Source: Candidatus Omnitrophota bacterium
GTDB lineage: Bacteria > Omnitrophota > Gorgyraeia > Duberdicusellales > 4484-171
Assembly: GCA_020352775.1 (NCBI GenBank)
Contig: CP070684.1
Location: forward strand, 968,653 to 1,032,652
Length of the DNA: 64,000 bases
Reading direction: 5' to 3'
Part shown: one piece after another, positions 25,051 through 35,351 of the stretch
Layout: every line of letters begins with the position of its first letter
How positions within the stretch are numbered: position 1 is the stretch's first letter
Translations under genes and position numbers: made by a program
The notes under the pieces: model-generated
What the model was told of the DNA's origin: nothing
Seen by the model: only the letters and a program-made list of their open reading frames with translations
The model's database searches: none

Positions 25051-26397
25051 ATGCCTTACATTCTTAACACTAACGAAGAAATAAAACAGATGCTGAAAGC
25101 AATTGGGGTTGATTCTGTAGAAGAGCTATATTCAGCTTTACCCCCAGAGATTAAACTGAAAGAATCATTGAATTTACCTTCGGGCTTAAGTGAATTTGAT
25201 GTCAAAAAGAAGGTAACCGCACTTTCTGAAAGAAATAAACCCCTTGAAAAATACAACTCTTTTTTAGGCGCGGGTTGCTATGACCACTATATTCCCGCGG
25301 CAGTTTCTTTTATTCTTTCCCGTTCCCAATTTCTTACTGCTTACACTCCTTATCAGTCAGAGTGTTCCCAGGGGATTTTGCAGGCCATTTATGAATACCA
25401 AAGCTATATCTGTCTTTTGACAGGAATGGATGTTTCTAATGCTTCTCTTTTTGATGGAGCTTCGGCATTAGCTGAGGCAGTGCTTATGACGCTACGCATA
25501 AGCAGAAAAAAGCGCGTAGTTATTTCAAGTACTATCCACCCAGAATACAAAGAAACTCTTAAGACCTATTTAAGTGGGTTTGATTTTATGATTGAAGAGT
25601 TCGTTCCCAAAAGTGACGGGTTTTTTGATTTAGAAAAGCTGCGCGATACATTAAGAAATGATGTTGGCTGCGTTGCTTTTCAAAGCCCTAATTTTTTAGG
25701 ACTCATAGAAGATGCAGAAAAATTATCAGAGCTTGCTAAGAAAGTCCAAGCGTTGACTGTAATGGTCACCAATCCTTTATCTTTAGCGATACTCAAAGAT
25801 CCAGCCAGATCAGGTGTCGATATTGTATGCGGAGATGGACAGCCTCTGGGAGGCAGTTTAAATTTTGGCGGACCATCGCTTGGGTTTATAGCTACTAAAA
25901 ACGAAAACACCAGGCAAATGCCAGGAAGAATTGTGGGAAAGACAGAAGATAAAAAAGGAGATATTGCATATTGCCTTACCTTACAGACGCGCGAGCAGCA
26001 TATCAGACGGGAAAAAGCTACCAGTAATATTTGTTCCAACCAATCCTTAAATGCGATCGGTGCGGCAGTGTATCTTTCCCTTATAGGTAGTGAAGGATTA
26101 AAAGAAGTCGCATTGAATTCTTTTAGGAACACTCAATATCTTTATCAACGTCTCAAGGAAGTACGTGGGGTAAAAATTCCTTTCGAACCGCGTTTTTTTA
26201 ATGAGTTTGTTTGGGAAGTTGAAAATGCGCCAAAAATAATGAATGCTTTTTATGATAAAAATATTATTGCCGGATACTTTTTAGGTGAATCTTTTCCTCA
26301 ATATAAAAACAGTATTTTAAGCTGTTGTACAGAGAAGAAGAAAAAAAGTGAAATAGACGAAATGGTCTTTAGTCTCGCTGAGGTGTTACGTGGATAA
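25051..26397 (+). CDS. gcvPA: Glycine dehydrogenase (decarboxylating) subunit 1
   Basis: YTPYQSECSQG and REQHIRREKATSNIC motifs are present. Confidence 0.9.
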   Translation: MPYILNTNEEIKQMLKAIGVDSVEELYSALPPEIKLKESLNLPSGLSEFDVKKKVTALSERNKPLEKYNSFLGAGCYDHYIPAAVSFILSRSQFLTAYTPYQSECSQGILQAIYEYQSYICLLTGMDVSNASLFDGASALAEAVLMTLRISRKKRVVISSTIHPEYKETLKTYLSGFDFMIEEFVPKSDGFFDLEKLRDTLRNDVGCVAFQSPNFLGLIEDAEKLSELAKKVQALTVMVTNPLSLAILKDPARSGVDIVCGDGQPLGGSLNFGGPSLGFIATKNENTRQMPGRIVGKTEDKKGDIAYCLTLQTREQHIRREKATSNICSNQSLNAIGAAVYLSLIGSEGLKEVALNSFRNTQYLYQRLKEVRGVKIPFEPRFFNEFVWEVENAPKIMNAFYDKNIIAGYFLGESFPQYKNSILSCCTEKKKKSEIDEMVFSLAEVLRG

Positions 26398-27841
26398 AGA
26401 AAACATTTTTGAGAAAAGAGAAAGCGCACCCAAAGCCGATTATGTGGCAGCTACGGGCGTTCCCCTAAAAAAACCCAGCGATGTCATACCCCAGAAATTG
26501 CTTCGTGCCCAACTACCTTTACCAAATCTAGGGGAATTAGATGTGGTGCGCCACTATTCACATCTGGCTCAATTAAACTTTTCAGTAGATACCCATTTCT
26601 ATCCCTTGGGCTCTTGCACCATGAAGTATAATCCCAAGATTAATGAAAGCATGGCGCGATTAGAAGGATTTAGTGCAATACACCCCTATCAGAGCCAGGA
26701 TGCTATTCAGGGAGCGTTAGAATTAATATATGATTTTGAGCAACTTTTGTGTGAGGTTACGGGAATGAAGCGTTTTACTTTCCAGCCTTCAAGCGGTGCT
26801 CAAGGAGAGCTGGCGGGTATGCTTATGATTCGTAAGTACCACGAAATTAAAAAGCGCAAAAAAACAAAAGTTATTATCCCTGATTCTGCTCATGGCACAA
26901 ACCCAGCTACTGCTTCTATGTGTGGCTATCAAACCATAGTTATTGAAAGCGACTCTGGAGGGTTAGTGGATATTGATAAATTAAAAAAGGTAGTCGATGA
27001 TGAGGTTGCAGCGATTATGCTTACCAACCCCAATACCTTGGGGTTATTTGAGGAAAGAATATTAGAGATAAAAGATATCATCCATAATAAAGGAGGACTT
27101 CTTTATTATGACGGAGCAAATCTTAATCCTTTGCTGGGGATTACCAAACCTAGCTTAATGGGATTTGACGTTATACATCTGAATCTACACAAGACTTTTT
27201 CTACCCCTCATGGTTGTGGCGGTCCAGGGGCAGGAGCAGTGGGGGTTGGTGAGATTCTGGAGGACTTTTTACCAGTACCGGTTGTGAACAAAAAGAATAA
27301 AAGCTATTATTTTGATTACGCCATAAAGCGTTCCATAGGACGTTTAAAAAGCTTTTATGGCAATTTTACTGTTTTAGTACGCGCCTATACTTATCTTTTG
27401 CGGTTAGGTAAAGAGGGGCTTTTACAAACTGCGCACAATGCGGTAATCAACGCAAACTATATCAAAGAGAAGCTAAAAGATTATTATGAAGTTCCTTACC
27501 CTAAGACTTGCATGCATGAGGTGGTTTTTTCTTGTACGTCTCAGAAAGAAAAAGGAGCCGCGGCATTGGATATTGCAAAACGCCTCATTGATTACGGAAT
27601 ACATCCTCCTACAATGTATTTTCCTTTAATTGTTAAAGAAGCATTAATGGTTGAGCCTACAGAGACTGAAAGTAAAGACACTTTGGATTATTTTATTAAA
27701 GTAATGAAAGAGATAGATAAAGAGATAGACAATGATTTGGAAAAGGTTAAAGACGCTCCTCATACGACACCGGTCAAACGCGTAGATGAAGTCAAAGCTG
27801 CACGGTCCCCCAATCTAAAATGGGAAAGAACTGGCGTTTAA
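26390..27841 (+). CDS. gcvPB: Glycine dehydrogenase (decarboxylating) subunit 2
   Basis: The GTG start overlaps the gcvPA stop. GSCTMKYNP and the PLP-lysine context NLHKTFSTPHGCGGPG are present. Confidence 0.9.
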   Translation: MDKENIFEKRESAPKADYVAATGVPLKKPSDVIPQKLLRAQLPLPNLGELDVVRHYSHLAQLNFSVDTHFYPLGSCTMKYNPKINESMARLEGFSAIHPYQSQDAIQGALELIYDFEQLLCEVTGMKRFTFQPSSGAQGELAGMLMIRKYHEIKKRKKTKVIIPDSAHGTNPATASMCGYQTIVIESDSGGLVDIDKLKKVVDDEVAAIMLTNPNTLGLFEERILEIKDIIHNKGGLLYYDGANLNPLLGITKPSLMGFDVIHLNLHKTFSTPHGCGGPGAGAVGVGEILEDFLPVPVVNKKNKSYYFDYAIKRSIGRLKSFYGNFTVLVRAYTYLLRLGKEGLLQTAHNAVINANYIKEKLKDYYEVPYPKTCMHEVVFSCTSQKEKGAAALDIAKRLIDYGIHPPTMYFPLIVKEALMVEPTETESKDTLDYFIKVMKEIDKEIDNDLEKVKDAPHTTPVKRVDEVKAARSPNLKWERTGV

Positions 27842-28620
27842 CTCTTGATTTAAAACACAATGGTTATTATAACATGGCGGTTGATGAAGCGATGTTGCTT
27901 CATTATTCTTCTCATAGAATTCCAACCTTAAGGATTTATGGTTGGGAGGAACCGTTTATTTCATTAGGGTATCATCAGCTTGCCAGTGAGGTTTTGGCAT
28001 CGCCACAATCGATTCCTTTTGTGCGTAGAATCACCGGCGGTTCAGCCATCCTCCACGATAAAGAAATAACTTATAGCCTGGTATGTTCTTTATCAGATCT
28101 TAAACTTAATGCAAATGTCAAAGAATCATATAAAAAGCTAACCAGTTTCCTTAAGCATTTTTATTTTCAATTGGGACTAGATGTAAAATACGCTGTTGAT
28201 ACCGGATTTAGCAATCTGGGTCACTATGGAAATTTCTGTTACAGTCGCTGGCAGCACTATGATTTTGTTATGAGAGGCAAAAAAATAGGAGGCAATGCCC
28301 AACGACGCAAAAAAGACATTGTTTTTCAACATGGCAGTATCCCTCAGGATATTGATTTTAATTTAGTAAAGAATAGCATAAATGAAGTGGGGCCTGTTGA
28401 GGAAGCAACAACTTCTCTTAATGATATTTTAGCAAAAGTGACAGATTTTTCACAACTGCAAAGCCTTTTGGTATCTAGTTTTGAAACTTATTTTAATTTA
28501 AAACTAAAGAATCAAAGCTTAAGCGCACCAGAGCAGAGAACAGTAAAATATTTATTAGAAAATAAATACAGGAAAGAAACCTGGAATTTACGAAATGAAA
28601 AAGCCTGCCTGGCTCAATAA
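27820..28620 (+). CDS. Lipoate-protein ligase / octanoyltransferase family protein (LplA/LipM-like)
   Basis: This BPL_LplA_LipB-type sequence has RRITGGSAILHD and KIGGNAQRRKK. It sits between gcvPB and lipA. Confidence 0.75.
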   Translation: MGKNWRLTLDLKHNGYYNMAVDEAMLLHYSSHRIPTLRIYGWEEPFISLGYHQLASEVLASPQSIPFVRRITGGSAILHDKEITYSLVCSLSDLKLNANVKESYKKLTSFLKHFYFQLGLDVKYAVDTGFSNLGHYGNFCYSRWQHYDFVMRGKKIGGNAQRRKKDIVFQHGSIPQDIDFNLVKNSINEVGPVEEATTSLNDILAKVTDFSQLQSLLVSSFETYFNLKLKNQSLSAPEQRTVKYLLENKYRKETWNLRNEKACLAQ

Positions 28621-29446
28621 AAAGGCTGACCTGGCTTCCCGCCACTATTTAAAGAATCTTTTACGAAACTTAAGGCTTCATACCGTGTGCGAAGAGTCTT
28701 TTTGTCCTAATATTTCTGAGTGTTTCAGCCGCAAAGTGGCGACCTTTATGATTCTGGGAGATAGCTGTACGCGACAATGTAGTTTTTGTGCAATAAAAAA
28801 AGGGAAACCTTCTGCGCCTGATAAAGATGAGCCCAAGAGGATAAAAGAGGCAGTGCAAAGATTAAGGCTTAATTATGTGGTTATTACCTCTCCCACCCGA
28901 GATGATTTAGAGGATGGAGGAGCTTCTGTATTTTGTGAGACCGTAAAAGAGATAAAGAGTTTAAGCAGCTCCATAAACGTAGAGCTCCTTATACCTGATT
29001 TTAATGAGAATTCTCAGCCCCTTAAAGAGGTAGTGCTTTGTGGAGCCGATTTAATTGCCCATAATCTGGAAACAGTGCCTCGCCTTTATGGAAAGGTAAG
29101 GATTGGCGCAGATTATTTCAGGTCTTTAAAAATTTTACACAAGATAAAAGTAATAAATCCTGTCAGTTTTACAAAGTCTGGCCTTATGCTAGGCTTAGGA
29201 GAGACAGAGGAGGAGTTGAGGGGTGTTTTAAGGGATTTAAGGGGAGTAGGTTGCGACAGTCTTACTTTAGGTCAGTATTTAGCTCCTTCCCAAAGCCACT
29301 ATGAGCTTAAAGAATATATAAAGCCGGAAAAATTCCTGTATCTTCAAAAGTTTGCCTATAAATTAGGGTTTAAGGTAGTTAAAAGCGGCCCCTATGTACG
29401 TTCTTCTTATCTTGCCCACATATCGTTGTCTGGTCATAATTCATAA
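28595..29446 (+). CDS. lipA: Lipoyl synthase
   Basis: CEESFCPNISEC and the radical-SAM motif CTRQCSFC are present. It is 283 aa. Confidence 0.92.
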   Translation: MKKPAWLNKKADLASRHYLKNLLRNLRLHTVCEESFCPNISECFSRKVATFMILGDSCTRQCSFCAIKKGKPSAPDKDEPKRIKEAVQRLRLNYVVITSPTRDDLEDGGASVFCETVKEIKSLSSSINVELLIPDFNENSQPLKEVVLCGADLIAHNLETVPRLYGKVRIGADYFRSLKILHKIKVINPVSFTKSGLMLGLGETEEELRGVLRDLRGVGCDSLTLGQYLAPSQSHYELKEYIKPEKFLYLQKFAYKLGFKVVKSGPYVRSSYLAHISLSGHNS

Positions 29447-29472
29447 AATCCTTACTTAATTAATTTATAATC

Positions 29473-29499
29473 AAAATAGCTTGAAAAATAAGCTATTTT
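29473..29499 (+). terminator. Terminator-like hairpin after lipA
   Basis: A perfect 10-bp stem, AAAATAGCTT-gaaaaat-AAGCTATTTT, ends in a T-tract. Confidence 0.5.
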
Positions 29500-29590
29500 G
29501 GTGTAGATAAGCCTATTTTCAGGAATTAAAGATCATGAATATATTCACAATATTTAGTGGCATAAAGAAACATATACAAAATATAGAAAA

Positions 29591-29610
29591 TTATAACAAA
29601 TTATAACAAA
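29591..29610. repeat. Perfect tandem decamer TTATAACAAA x2
   Basis: Read directly from the sequence. It lies 60-80 nt upstream of the HTH gene and just upstream of a promoter-like TTGACC. Confidence 0.6.
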
Positions 29611-29616
29611 TAGCAC

Positions 29617-29655
29617 TTGACCGAACAAAACAAATGTAATTAAATAGAAATGTAA
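29617..29655 (+). promoter_or_regulatory. Candidate promoter with flanking AAATGTAA direct repeats
   Basis: TTGACC (29617-29622), a 17-nt spacer, then TTAAAT (29640-29645). AAATGTAA at 29632-29639 and 29648-29655 brackets the -10 element and could be an operator. Confidence 0.35.
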
Positions 29656-29672
29656 CTTTTTTATAGATAATT

Positions 29673-29867
29673 ATGAAAAAAGAAAGAATGCCCAGATTGA
29701 TGTCGGTGGATGAGCTCGCGGACTATTTAGGTCTTAAGAAGCAGACTATTTATAATTGGCTTCAACAGAAGAAGATTTCCGGAATCAAAATCGGCAAGGT
29801 ATGGCGTTTTGACCGCAAATATATTGATGAGTGGTTGAGTAAATGCCAGAGATCTAAATATGAATAA
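29673..29867 (+). CDS. Excisionase-family (MerR-like, HTH_17) DNA-binding protein
   Basis: LMSVDELADYLGLKKQTIYNWLQQKKISGIKIGKVWRFDRKYIDEWL is the classic excisionase-type HTH pattern. Confidence 0.75.
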   Translation: MKKERMPRLMSVDELADYLGLKKQTIYNWLQQKKISGIKIGKVWRFDRKYIDEWLSKCQRSKYE

Positions 29868-31359
29868 TAAAAGAACAGGGTTATATTTAGGCCTGAGTTC
29901 AGTGGGGGGTGTAGTAGTTGAAAAAGGCAAAGTAGTTGCCAGCTCTAACTTTGATCTATCCAGCGTAGAGACAGAGACAGTGGTAGATAATTTAGACGAT
30001 AGGGTTAAATACGAAGCTTTAGTGAATAGAGTTTTAAAAGAAATGGGCGGAGAGGAGAAAGAGATATATATTTCGGTGGCTGATAGGGATTTTATTTTTA
30101 GGTCTCTTGAGCTGCCATTTATGAAAGGAAGAAAAGAAATAGAATCTTCGCTGACTTTTGAAATCGAAAAACATATTCCTTTTAAGTTAGAAGAGCTTAG
30201 GTGGGATTATGACTATACAGCATCATCGCGAGACAAGAAAGTAAATCTTTCTTTCGTGGGCATGAAGACAGATAGTTTCAATAAAACACAGGAAGTAGTT
30301 ACTTATTTAGGATTTAGCCCTCGGGTAATAGAGCCCTCAAGTATCTCGCTTGTGCGCATTCTTAAAAGATCAAAAAAATTCGCGCATTTTGAGAATTTTG
30401 TTCTCCTAGATTTTACTCTATCAGAAGCTTACCTTACATTTTTCTATCAAAATCTTCCTATATTTAGCAACTATTTAGAAGTGCCCCAAGAGGAAGGAAA
30501 CATAAGGTTAGATAAATTTATCGATCTCATAAATCTTTCTTTTCAGTATTTTCAAAAGGAACACAAGTTTTTCATCCCTCAGAAGATTTTAGCTATTGGC
30601 AACTTTATTGAAGATAGTTTTGAGGCCGCCTTAAGTAAAGATTTACAAAGAGAAGTAGAGGTAGTGCATCCAAAGTATGTTGAGGAAAATGTTCCTTCCT
30701 TTGTGGAGAATTTAAAAGCTTTAGGGGTGACCGAAAGAGAAACTTCCAGCTATAGATTCAATCCGGTGCTTTTAAGCAGTGGCGAGCGAGCAAAACAAGT
30801 ACAAGTACCAGTAAAAGAGGAAGCGGCAGAAGTTATACCCCTTAAAACAAAGCTATTGGCTTCTCTGGCGTTGGCCGGATTAATTATTTCAATTGCTACT
30901 GTAATGTTGACTTACGGTCGGTATTCAGCTCTTTCCTCGCGGCTCAAAAAAGAAGAGCAAAGGCTTGCTTTGCCTGCCTCCTATAAAAATCTTTCACTGG
31001 CACAAATAGATGATGTACTTGAAAAAAGACAAGAGGCAATAAATTCTTTAAGGAGAACATTGGCGCGTCCTCGTACTGTTGCATCTTTTTTAAAGCGCAT
31101 AGGCTTTGTTATTCCGCAAGGAGTTTGGCTTGAAAAATTAGAGGTAGCTTTGCGGCAGGAAAAATATCAAGGCAAGCTAGCCGGCTATAGTTATGGGGAG
31201 GACAGCTACAAAGAAAGACTAAAACTTGATGAATTCATTTCAAATTTACAGAGAGATGAGATATTAAAATCACTTTTTTCTGATGTCAGGGTTATTTCTT
31301 CGGGACGTAAAAGGATTAAGGAATTTGAAGTAACAGCATTCACCTTAGAGTTAGAATAA
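29860..31359 (+). CDS. PilM-like actin-fold protein fused through one TM helix to a PilN-like domain
   Basis: About 310 aa at the N-terminus are PilM-like (LYLGLSSVGGVVVE..., FEIEKHIPF). A TM segment LLASLALAGLIISIATVML follows, then a periplasmic coiled-coil and a PilN-like tail. Confidence 0.6.
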   Translation: MNNKRTGLYLGLSSVGGVVVEKGKVVASSNFDLSSVETETVVDNLDDRVKYEALVNRVLKEMGGEEKEIYISVADRDFIFRSLELPFMKGRKEIESSLTFEIEKHIPFKLEELRWDYDYTASSRDKKVNLSFVGMKTDSFNKTQEVVTYLGFSPRVIEPSSISLVRILKRSKKFAHFENFVLLDFTLSEAYLTFFYQNLPIFSNYLEVPQEEGNIRLDKFIDLINLSFQYFQKEHKFFIPQKILAIGNFIEDSFEAALSKDLQREVEVVHPKYVEENVPSFVENLKALGVTERETSSYRFNPVLLSSGERAKQVQVPVKEEAAEVIPLKTKLLASLALAGLIISIATVMLTYGRYSALSSRLKKEEQRLALPASYKNLSLAQIDDVLEKRQEAINSLRRTLARPRTVASFLKRIGFVIPQGVWLEKLEVALRQEKYQGKLAGYSYGEDSYKERLKLDEFISNLQRDEILKSLFSDVRVISSGRKRIKEFEVTAFTLELE

Positions 31360-31836
31360 ATGAATGAAATATTATTACGTTATAAAAACGAGCTTAGTGC
31401 AGCAGCGATTGTATTGGTTTTTTTCTTTATAATAAACGCAATACTTTCCGGTCATGCGATGCGTATGACGGAATTTAAAAAAAAAGAAATTGAGTTCTCT
31501 GAAAATAAGACGCATTTAGAACGCCTGTTAAAACTAGATGAAGAACTTCAAGACATAAGGGCAAGGTTTCTTTTTAGGGATAATAGATCCTTTTTAAGAA
31601 TGATAGAAGAGAAAAGCAAAGGGTTGGGGATAAATATTAGTTATTTGCGCCCCACCCAGAGAGAAGGAGATTTTTATCAGGAGCTAGTGGTTGATTTAGG
31701 GGTTGTTGCTTCTTTATATAATGATCTGTTAGATTTTATTCGTTCGATTGAAGAGGAAAATGTCTTTATAGAGCAGTTGGAGGTAAATCAGAAAAATGAA
31801 GCAAAAATCGTATTACGAGGACTCATTGCTAAATAA
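31360..31836 (+). CDS. PilO-like bitopic pilus-assembly protein
   Basis: It has an N-terminal TM helix, a coiled-coil and a small alpha/beta domain. Its operon position is between the PilMN-like gene and the secretin gene. Confidence 0.45.
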   Translation: MNEILLRYKNELSAAAIVLVFFFIINAILSGHAMRMTEFKKKEIEFSENKTHLERLLKLDEELQDIRARFLFRDNRSFLRMIEEKSKGLGINISYLRPTQREGDFYQELVVDLGVVASLYNDLLDFIRSIEEENVFIEQLEVNQKNEAKIVLRGLIAK

Positions 31837-32161
31837 GATAGTTAAGATTTGCATTTTCCTTCTTATGATTAGCATTCCTTTGCTGATATATTCGCAGGAA
31901 CGAAATCCTTTTGAGTCTTTTCTCCCTGAGGAACGAAGAGAGGAGCGTAGGGAGCCGGAATTATTTGATATATCTTTTGCACCCACCTTTACCATTCAAG
32001 GTATTCTGTGGGGCACAGATAATCCTCAGGCAATAATTAATGGCAAGGTTTATGGGGTAGGGGAGAGAATAAGAGGGTCCAATGCCATAGTACAAGGAAT
32101 AGAAGAAGAAGTTGTATTAATTTATTTTCAGGGAAGAGTATATAAATATGGAACAAAATAA
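31796..32161 (+). CDS. PilP/GspB-like small periplasmic protein
   Basis: A TM anchor is followed by NPFESF...IQGILWGTDNPQAIINGKVYGVGERI. This pattern is common in proteins encoded immediately upstream of secretin genes. Confidence 0.45.
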   Translation: MKQKSYYEDSLLNKIVKICIFLLMISIPLLIYSQERNPFESFLPEERREERREPELFDISFAPTFTIQGILWGTDNPQAIINGKVYGVGERIRGSNAIVQGIEEEVVLIYFQGRVYKYGTK

Positions 32162-33581
32162 AAAAGGGGGAAAAATGAAGAAGATAATCGCATTAGTTGT
32201 CCCATTTTTACTGCTTTCTTTGAGTCTGGGTTTTTCTCAAGATGGCCCGGATAATACTTACGGTGATTATTTGCTTTCCAAAGTATCCACGAGGATCTCT
32301 CTTGATTTGGAAGAAGCAAATATGTTAGATGCTTTAAAGATGCTTTCGCGCCAGATTGGGGTTAATTTTGTTTCTACCGAGACAGTTAAAGATAGAACCT
32401 TGACACTGTATTTAAAGGGGGTTCCGGTAAAAGAAGCCCTGGATATAGTTTTTAAAGCAAATAATCTAACTTATGATTATTATCCTGATGCAAATATTTT
32501 TGTAGTTAAAGAGATGGGAAAACCCACCGTAGAATTAAAGACCAAAGTATATTATTTAAAATATACCAGAGTGCATTCTTCAAATATGCAACAGGAAATA
32601 GGCAGCAAATTGGGGATAAAAAGAAGAGCAGCGGTGGCGGTTATAAATTCGGTGCAAAATGTTTTGAGCGATTACGGGAAAATCACCGAAGATCCCCTGA
32701 CAAATTCTTTAATCATTACTGATGTGCCTGCTCAATTTGTTCTTATTGATGAGGTAGTAACCAGGCTTGACCAACCACAGCCTCAGGTGATGATCGAAGT
32801 AGAGATGCTTGATGTTTCAAAAAACTTGGTGGATAAGCTCGGTGTTAAGTTTGAGAATGGTATTATCGGGCAAATTTCCGGCGCAAACAAGTCTACAAAG
32901 ATTCCCTTTTCAAATGCTACCGGGCCAATCCTTACCTACGGCACGCTTGATTTTAGTTCGCTTAAGGCAATGTTTCAGTTGCTTACCGCAGATACCACTA
33001 CTAAGATATTGGCACGGCCCAAGATTTTAACTCTTTCTAACGAGACCGCTGAAGTGAATTTAACCGCCGATGAGGTAATAGGGCTTAGCAGTACTGTGGT
33101 AAGCAATGAAGGTTCTACCCAGGATGTGGAGCGTTCTGAGACCGGCACAAAGTTAAGAGTAACCCCGCAGGTAAATCTTGAGACAAATGAAATTACATTA
33201 TTCGTTGAAGTATACAATAAAGAAGCCTTTGATAGCGGTGAAGACTTGGAGGGAATCAATCTTCAGAATGTTGAGTCGCGCGGAACCCAATCGATAGTGC
33301 GTTTAAATGACGGAGAAACGCTTCTTATCGGCGGACTTATAAAAAAAGACAGACGTGAAGAAATTACTAAAATACCTTTTCTAGCGGATATTCCTGTGCT
33401 GGGAAGTTTATTCCGCTACACGGATGAGAATAATGAAGAGAGAGAAATGCTTGTGTTTTTGACACCGCGTATTCTAAAAACTAAGCCTTCTTCGTTGGGG
33501 GGTAGCCGTGTGGTCGCAAGAGAACAGACGGGTTCTCCCGCAGTATTAAAAGAGGTCTTGGATAGGTATTCCCGACTCTAG
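32148..33581 (+). CDS. Secretin (PilQ/GspD family outer-membrane channel)
   Basis: It has a signal peptide, N-domains and a secretin core (ILARPKILTLSNETAEVNL, IPFLADIPVLGSLFRY). The likely start is the ATG at 32175, after a GGGGGA SD. Confidence 0.85.
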   Translation: MEQNKKGGKMKKIIALVVPFLLLSLSLGFSQDGPDNTYGDYLLSKVSTRISLDLEEANMLDALKMLSRQIGVNFVSTETVKDRTLTLYLKGVPVKEALDIVFKANNLTYDYYPDANIFVVKEMGKPTVELKTKVYYLKYTRVHSSNMQQEIGSKLGIKRRAAVAVINSVQNVLSDYGKITEDPLTNSLIITDVPAQFVLIDEVVTRLDQPQPQVMIEVEMLDVSKNLVDKLGVKFENGIIGQISGANKSTKIPFSNATGPILTYGTLDFSSLKAMFQLLTADTTTKILARPKILTLSNETAEVNLTADEVIGLSSTVVSNEGSTQDVERSETGTKLRVTPQVNLETNEITLFVEVYNKEAFDSGEDLEGINLQNVESRGTQSIVRLNDGETLLIGGLIKKDRREEITKIPFLADIPVLGSLFRYTDENNEEREMLVFLTPRILKTKPSSLGGSRVVAREQTGSPAVLKEVLDRYSRL

Positions 33582-33639
33582 GAGATTAGGTCTTCGTCCT
33601 AGACTTTTATATAAATTTTATCTTTAACAGGGATAATCT

Positions 33640-35349
33640 ATGGAGAGGTATAAACGATTAGGCGATATATTGGTTTCTGAGGGGATTGCCACTCAGGAAC
33701 AAATCAAAGATGCGGTTTCTGTTCAAGAGAAAGAAGGGGGAAAATTAGGAGAGATTCTTGTGAAGCTTGGCTATGTGACTGAAGAACAAATCGGACTCTC
33801 TTTGAGTAAGCAATTATCCCTTTCGTATATTTCTTTATCTTCTGAGAACATAAAACCTGCCCCGGATCAGGATTTGGGAAAACTCATTCCTTATGACGTA
33901 GCAATAAGAAATATTGTATTGCCCCTTTCTCATAAAGCAAACTCTTTGACTGTGGCTATGTTTAATCCTTTGGATTTGATCCTCATTGACAATCTTAAGC
34001 GTCTTACAGGTTGTCAGATAAATCCTGTTATATCCACTAAATCCGAGATTTTAAAGGCAATTGACGACTTTTATGCCAAAGAGGATTTCTTTGGCACTGC
34101 GATGGATACTACCGGCGCAGAAGAGCCGATTCAAGAGGTAAAAGAATCAAAAACAGACGAAGAGGGTTTAAGCCTTGATAAAGTTATTGCTCAAGCACAA
34201 GAGGCAGCGGTAGTCAAATTAGTGGATTTGATTATTAAACAGGCAATCGAAGAAAATGTTTCTGATATTCATTTTGAGCCATTCCATGATCATTTTAGTC
34301 TTCGCTATCGGATTGACGGAGTTCTTTATGAGAAGCCCAGTCCTAAAACCCATCTTTGTTTGCCGATCATATCACGCATAAAAATACTTTCTAAGATGGA
34401 TATTGCCCAAAAGCGCCTGCCGCAGGATGGAGGTTTTACGATTAAGCTTGAGGGGCGCTTCATTGATTTAAGGGTTTCGATTCTTCCTACGATTTACGGA
34501 GAGAAGGCTGTAATAAAAATTCTAGATAAATCCCGCGTTTCTTTAGAGTTGGCGAAATTAGGATTTCTGCCTCAAGAGTTGGAACTAATAAGAAAGGGGA
34601 TCAGTATACCCAATGGTGCAACCTTACTTAGTGGCCCGATAGGAAGCGGAAAATCAACCACACTTTATGCAGTTTTAAATGAGCTCTATTCTCCGGAAAA
34701 AAATATTGTTACCATAGAAGACCCTGTGGAATATAGATTAGAGGGCATAAACCAGGCGCAAGTAAAGCCAGAAATAGGTTTAACTTTTGCTAGCGCACTT
34801 AAATATATTTTAAGGCAGGATCCAGACATTGTTCTTGTAGGAGAAATAAGAGATTTAGAGACGGCAGAAATTTCTGTAAGAGCATCATTGGCCGGCCACG
34901 TTGTGCTTTCTACGCTTTATGTTAATGATGCGGCTTCTACCATTATACGGTTAATCGATATCGGCATACCTACCTATCTTGTTGCTGCTGCGCTGCGTTT
35001 AGTTGTTGCCCAGCGCTTAGTTCGAAAGCTGTGTCCAGATTGCAAAGAGCCCTATGAGGTTAAAAAAGAGGACTTACCTTCTGGCATCAGTCTTACTTCT
35101 CCGGTTATTTATAAAGCAAAGGGATGTCAGAATTGTAATTTTATTGGGTATAAGGACAGAGTTTTGATTGCTGAGGTACTTCTTATCGATGATGAAATTA
35201 GGGAATTGATACACGCTGGTTTACGTTTGGCAGGGCAACTTAAAGAAGTTGCAAAGAAAAAAGGGATGCTTTCTTTTTTAGAAAGTGGCATTAAGCGCGT
35301 AGAAGAAGGGCTTACGTCTTTAGAAGAAGTGTTTTCTGTTTATTATTAA
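33640..35349 (+). CDS. GspE/PilB-family secretion ATPase with an N-terminal tandem MshEN-type motif
   Basis: Walker A GPIGSGKST, an Asp box, Walker B and a tetracysteine CPDC...CQNC are present. The N-terminus has RLGDILVSEGIATQEQIKDAVSVQ-EKEGG-KLGEILVKLGYVTEEQIGLSLSKQ. Confidence 0.88.
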   Translation: MERYKRLGDILVSEGIATQEQIKDAVSVQEKEGGKLGEILVKLGYVTEEQIGLSLSKQLSLSYISLSSENIKPAPDQDLGKLIPYDVAIRNIVLPLSHKANSLTVAMFNPLDLILIDNLKRLTGCQINPVISTKSEILKAIDDFYAKEDFFGTAMDTTGAEEPIQEVKESKTDEEGLSLDKVIAQAQEAAVVKLVDLIIKQAIEENVSDIHFEPFHDHFSLRYRIDGVLYEKPSPKTHLCLPIISRIKILSKMDIAQKRLPQDGGFTIKLEGRFIDLRVSILPTIYGEKAVIKILDKSRVSLELAKLGFLPQELELIRKGISIPNGATLLSGPIGSGKSTTLYAVLNELYSPEKNIVTIEDPVEYRLEGINQAQVKPEIGLTFASALKYILRQDPDIVLVGEIRDLETAEISVRASLAGHVVLSTLYVNDAASTIIRLIDIGIPTYLVAAALRLVVAQRLVRKLCPDCKEPYEVKKEDLPSGISLTSPVIYKAKGCQNCNFIGYKDRVLIAEVLLIDDEIRELIHAGLRLAGQLKEVAKKKGMLSFLESGIKRVEEGLTSLEEVFSVYY

Positions 35350-35351
35350 AA